NCBI GenBank assembly: GCA_030264375.1
Contig: JASCQW010000112.1
Coordinates: 75,843,025 to 75,907,024, forward strand
Length of the DNA: 64,000 bases
Source of the DNA: Carcharhinus longimanus
Lineage: Eukaryota
Direction: 5' to 3'
The notes under the pieces: model-generated
What the model was told of the DNA's origin: nothing
The model's input: the letters and a program-made list of their open reading frames with translations, nothing else
The model's database searches: none
Made by a program: the position numbers and the translations under genes
Shown: in pieces, positions 63,441 through 64,000 of the stretch
Position numbering within the stretch: position 1 is the stretch's first letter
Layout of the letters: every line of letters starts with the position of its first letter

Positions 63441-64000
63441 CTAAGTTCCGTCCCAATGTGGCAGTGGTATAATTCTCTGAAGTTCATTATACGTGATGAG
63501 ACACACGCGGACAGAAGCTATAGAAATACCTGTGCAATCGCCCCTCCCCCCTCTCCAAAAAAAGAATTGTTACATAACATGTAAACAGTCGCTTGGTAAT
63601 TTAAATCGAAAGTAAGTCCCCGAGGCTGATCCTAACAGACAAACAGTAAGAGAAAAACTCAATCATCGGCAGGGGAGTTAAGCAGAGCGAACAGAAAGTT
63701 AATTTGTGAGTTTGATACACACTCCCATCATTCGGGCTTATTTAATGAATACACCAAAAAAAATCAACATTTTATTGAGTTAATGGAATTATGTGTGTGG
63801 CAAAACCTCTCACCTTTCCCGAGGGCAGGTGGGGTGTAAACTGCATTACTGACACTGAATAAAAATATCGCCAGTTTAATGGCTGTTTCTATGTTTAAGG
63901 AAGACAAATAGAATTAAATAATGAAGCGGCGAATTGTCTCCGCTTTCCGTCCGTACAAGAACGGGCGTTATAGCACCATAGAGTAACACAGCGCATTCGG

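Overview
This is vertebrate genomic DNA, almost certainly from a shark or other elasmobranch, judging by HE1-type V-SINEs, HER1/CR1 LINEs and a SacSINE1-like DeuSINE. The draft assembly has many N gaps. The only protein-coding host sequence I can support is one 77-nt exon on the + strand (37434-37510). It encodes [26 protein letters not shown], part of a MEIS-class TALE homeodomain (MEIS2 is my best guess), and the ORF track misses it. The window therefore appears to be two very large MEIS introns (>37 kb upstream, >26 kb downstream). The first ~21 kb and the 55-62 kb segment are dense with decayed transposons: CR1, L2, Rex1-like, Penelope-like with hammerhead-like cores, a Gypsy LTR remnant, MITEs and three SINE families. 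Several multi-kb TE-poor blocks around the exon look like conserved non-coding enhancers. I found no prokaryotic-type system and no convincing wholly new biological system. The most unusual observations are LINE fragments inserted into SINEs as inverted copies of a nearby element, an HE1 SINE variant with a swapped 3' tail, and minimal hammerhead-ribozyme-like motifs in Penelope-derived repeats. TE family names come from recognition, not database searches, and TE boundaries are approximate.
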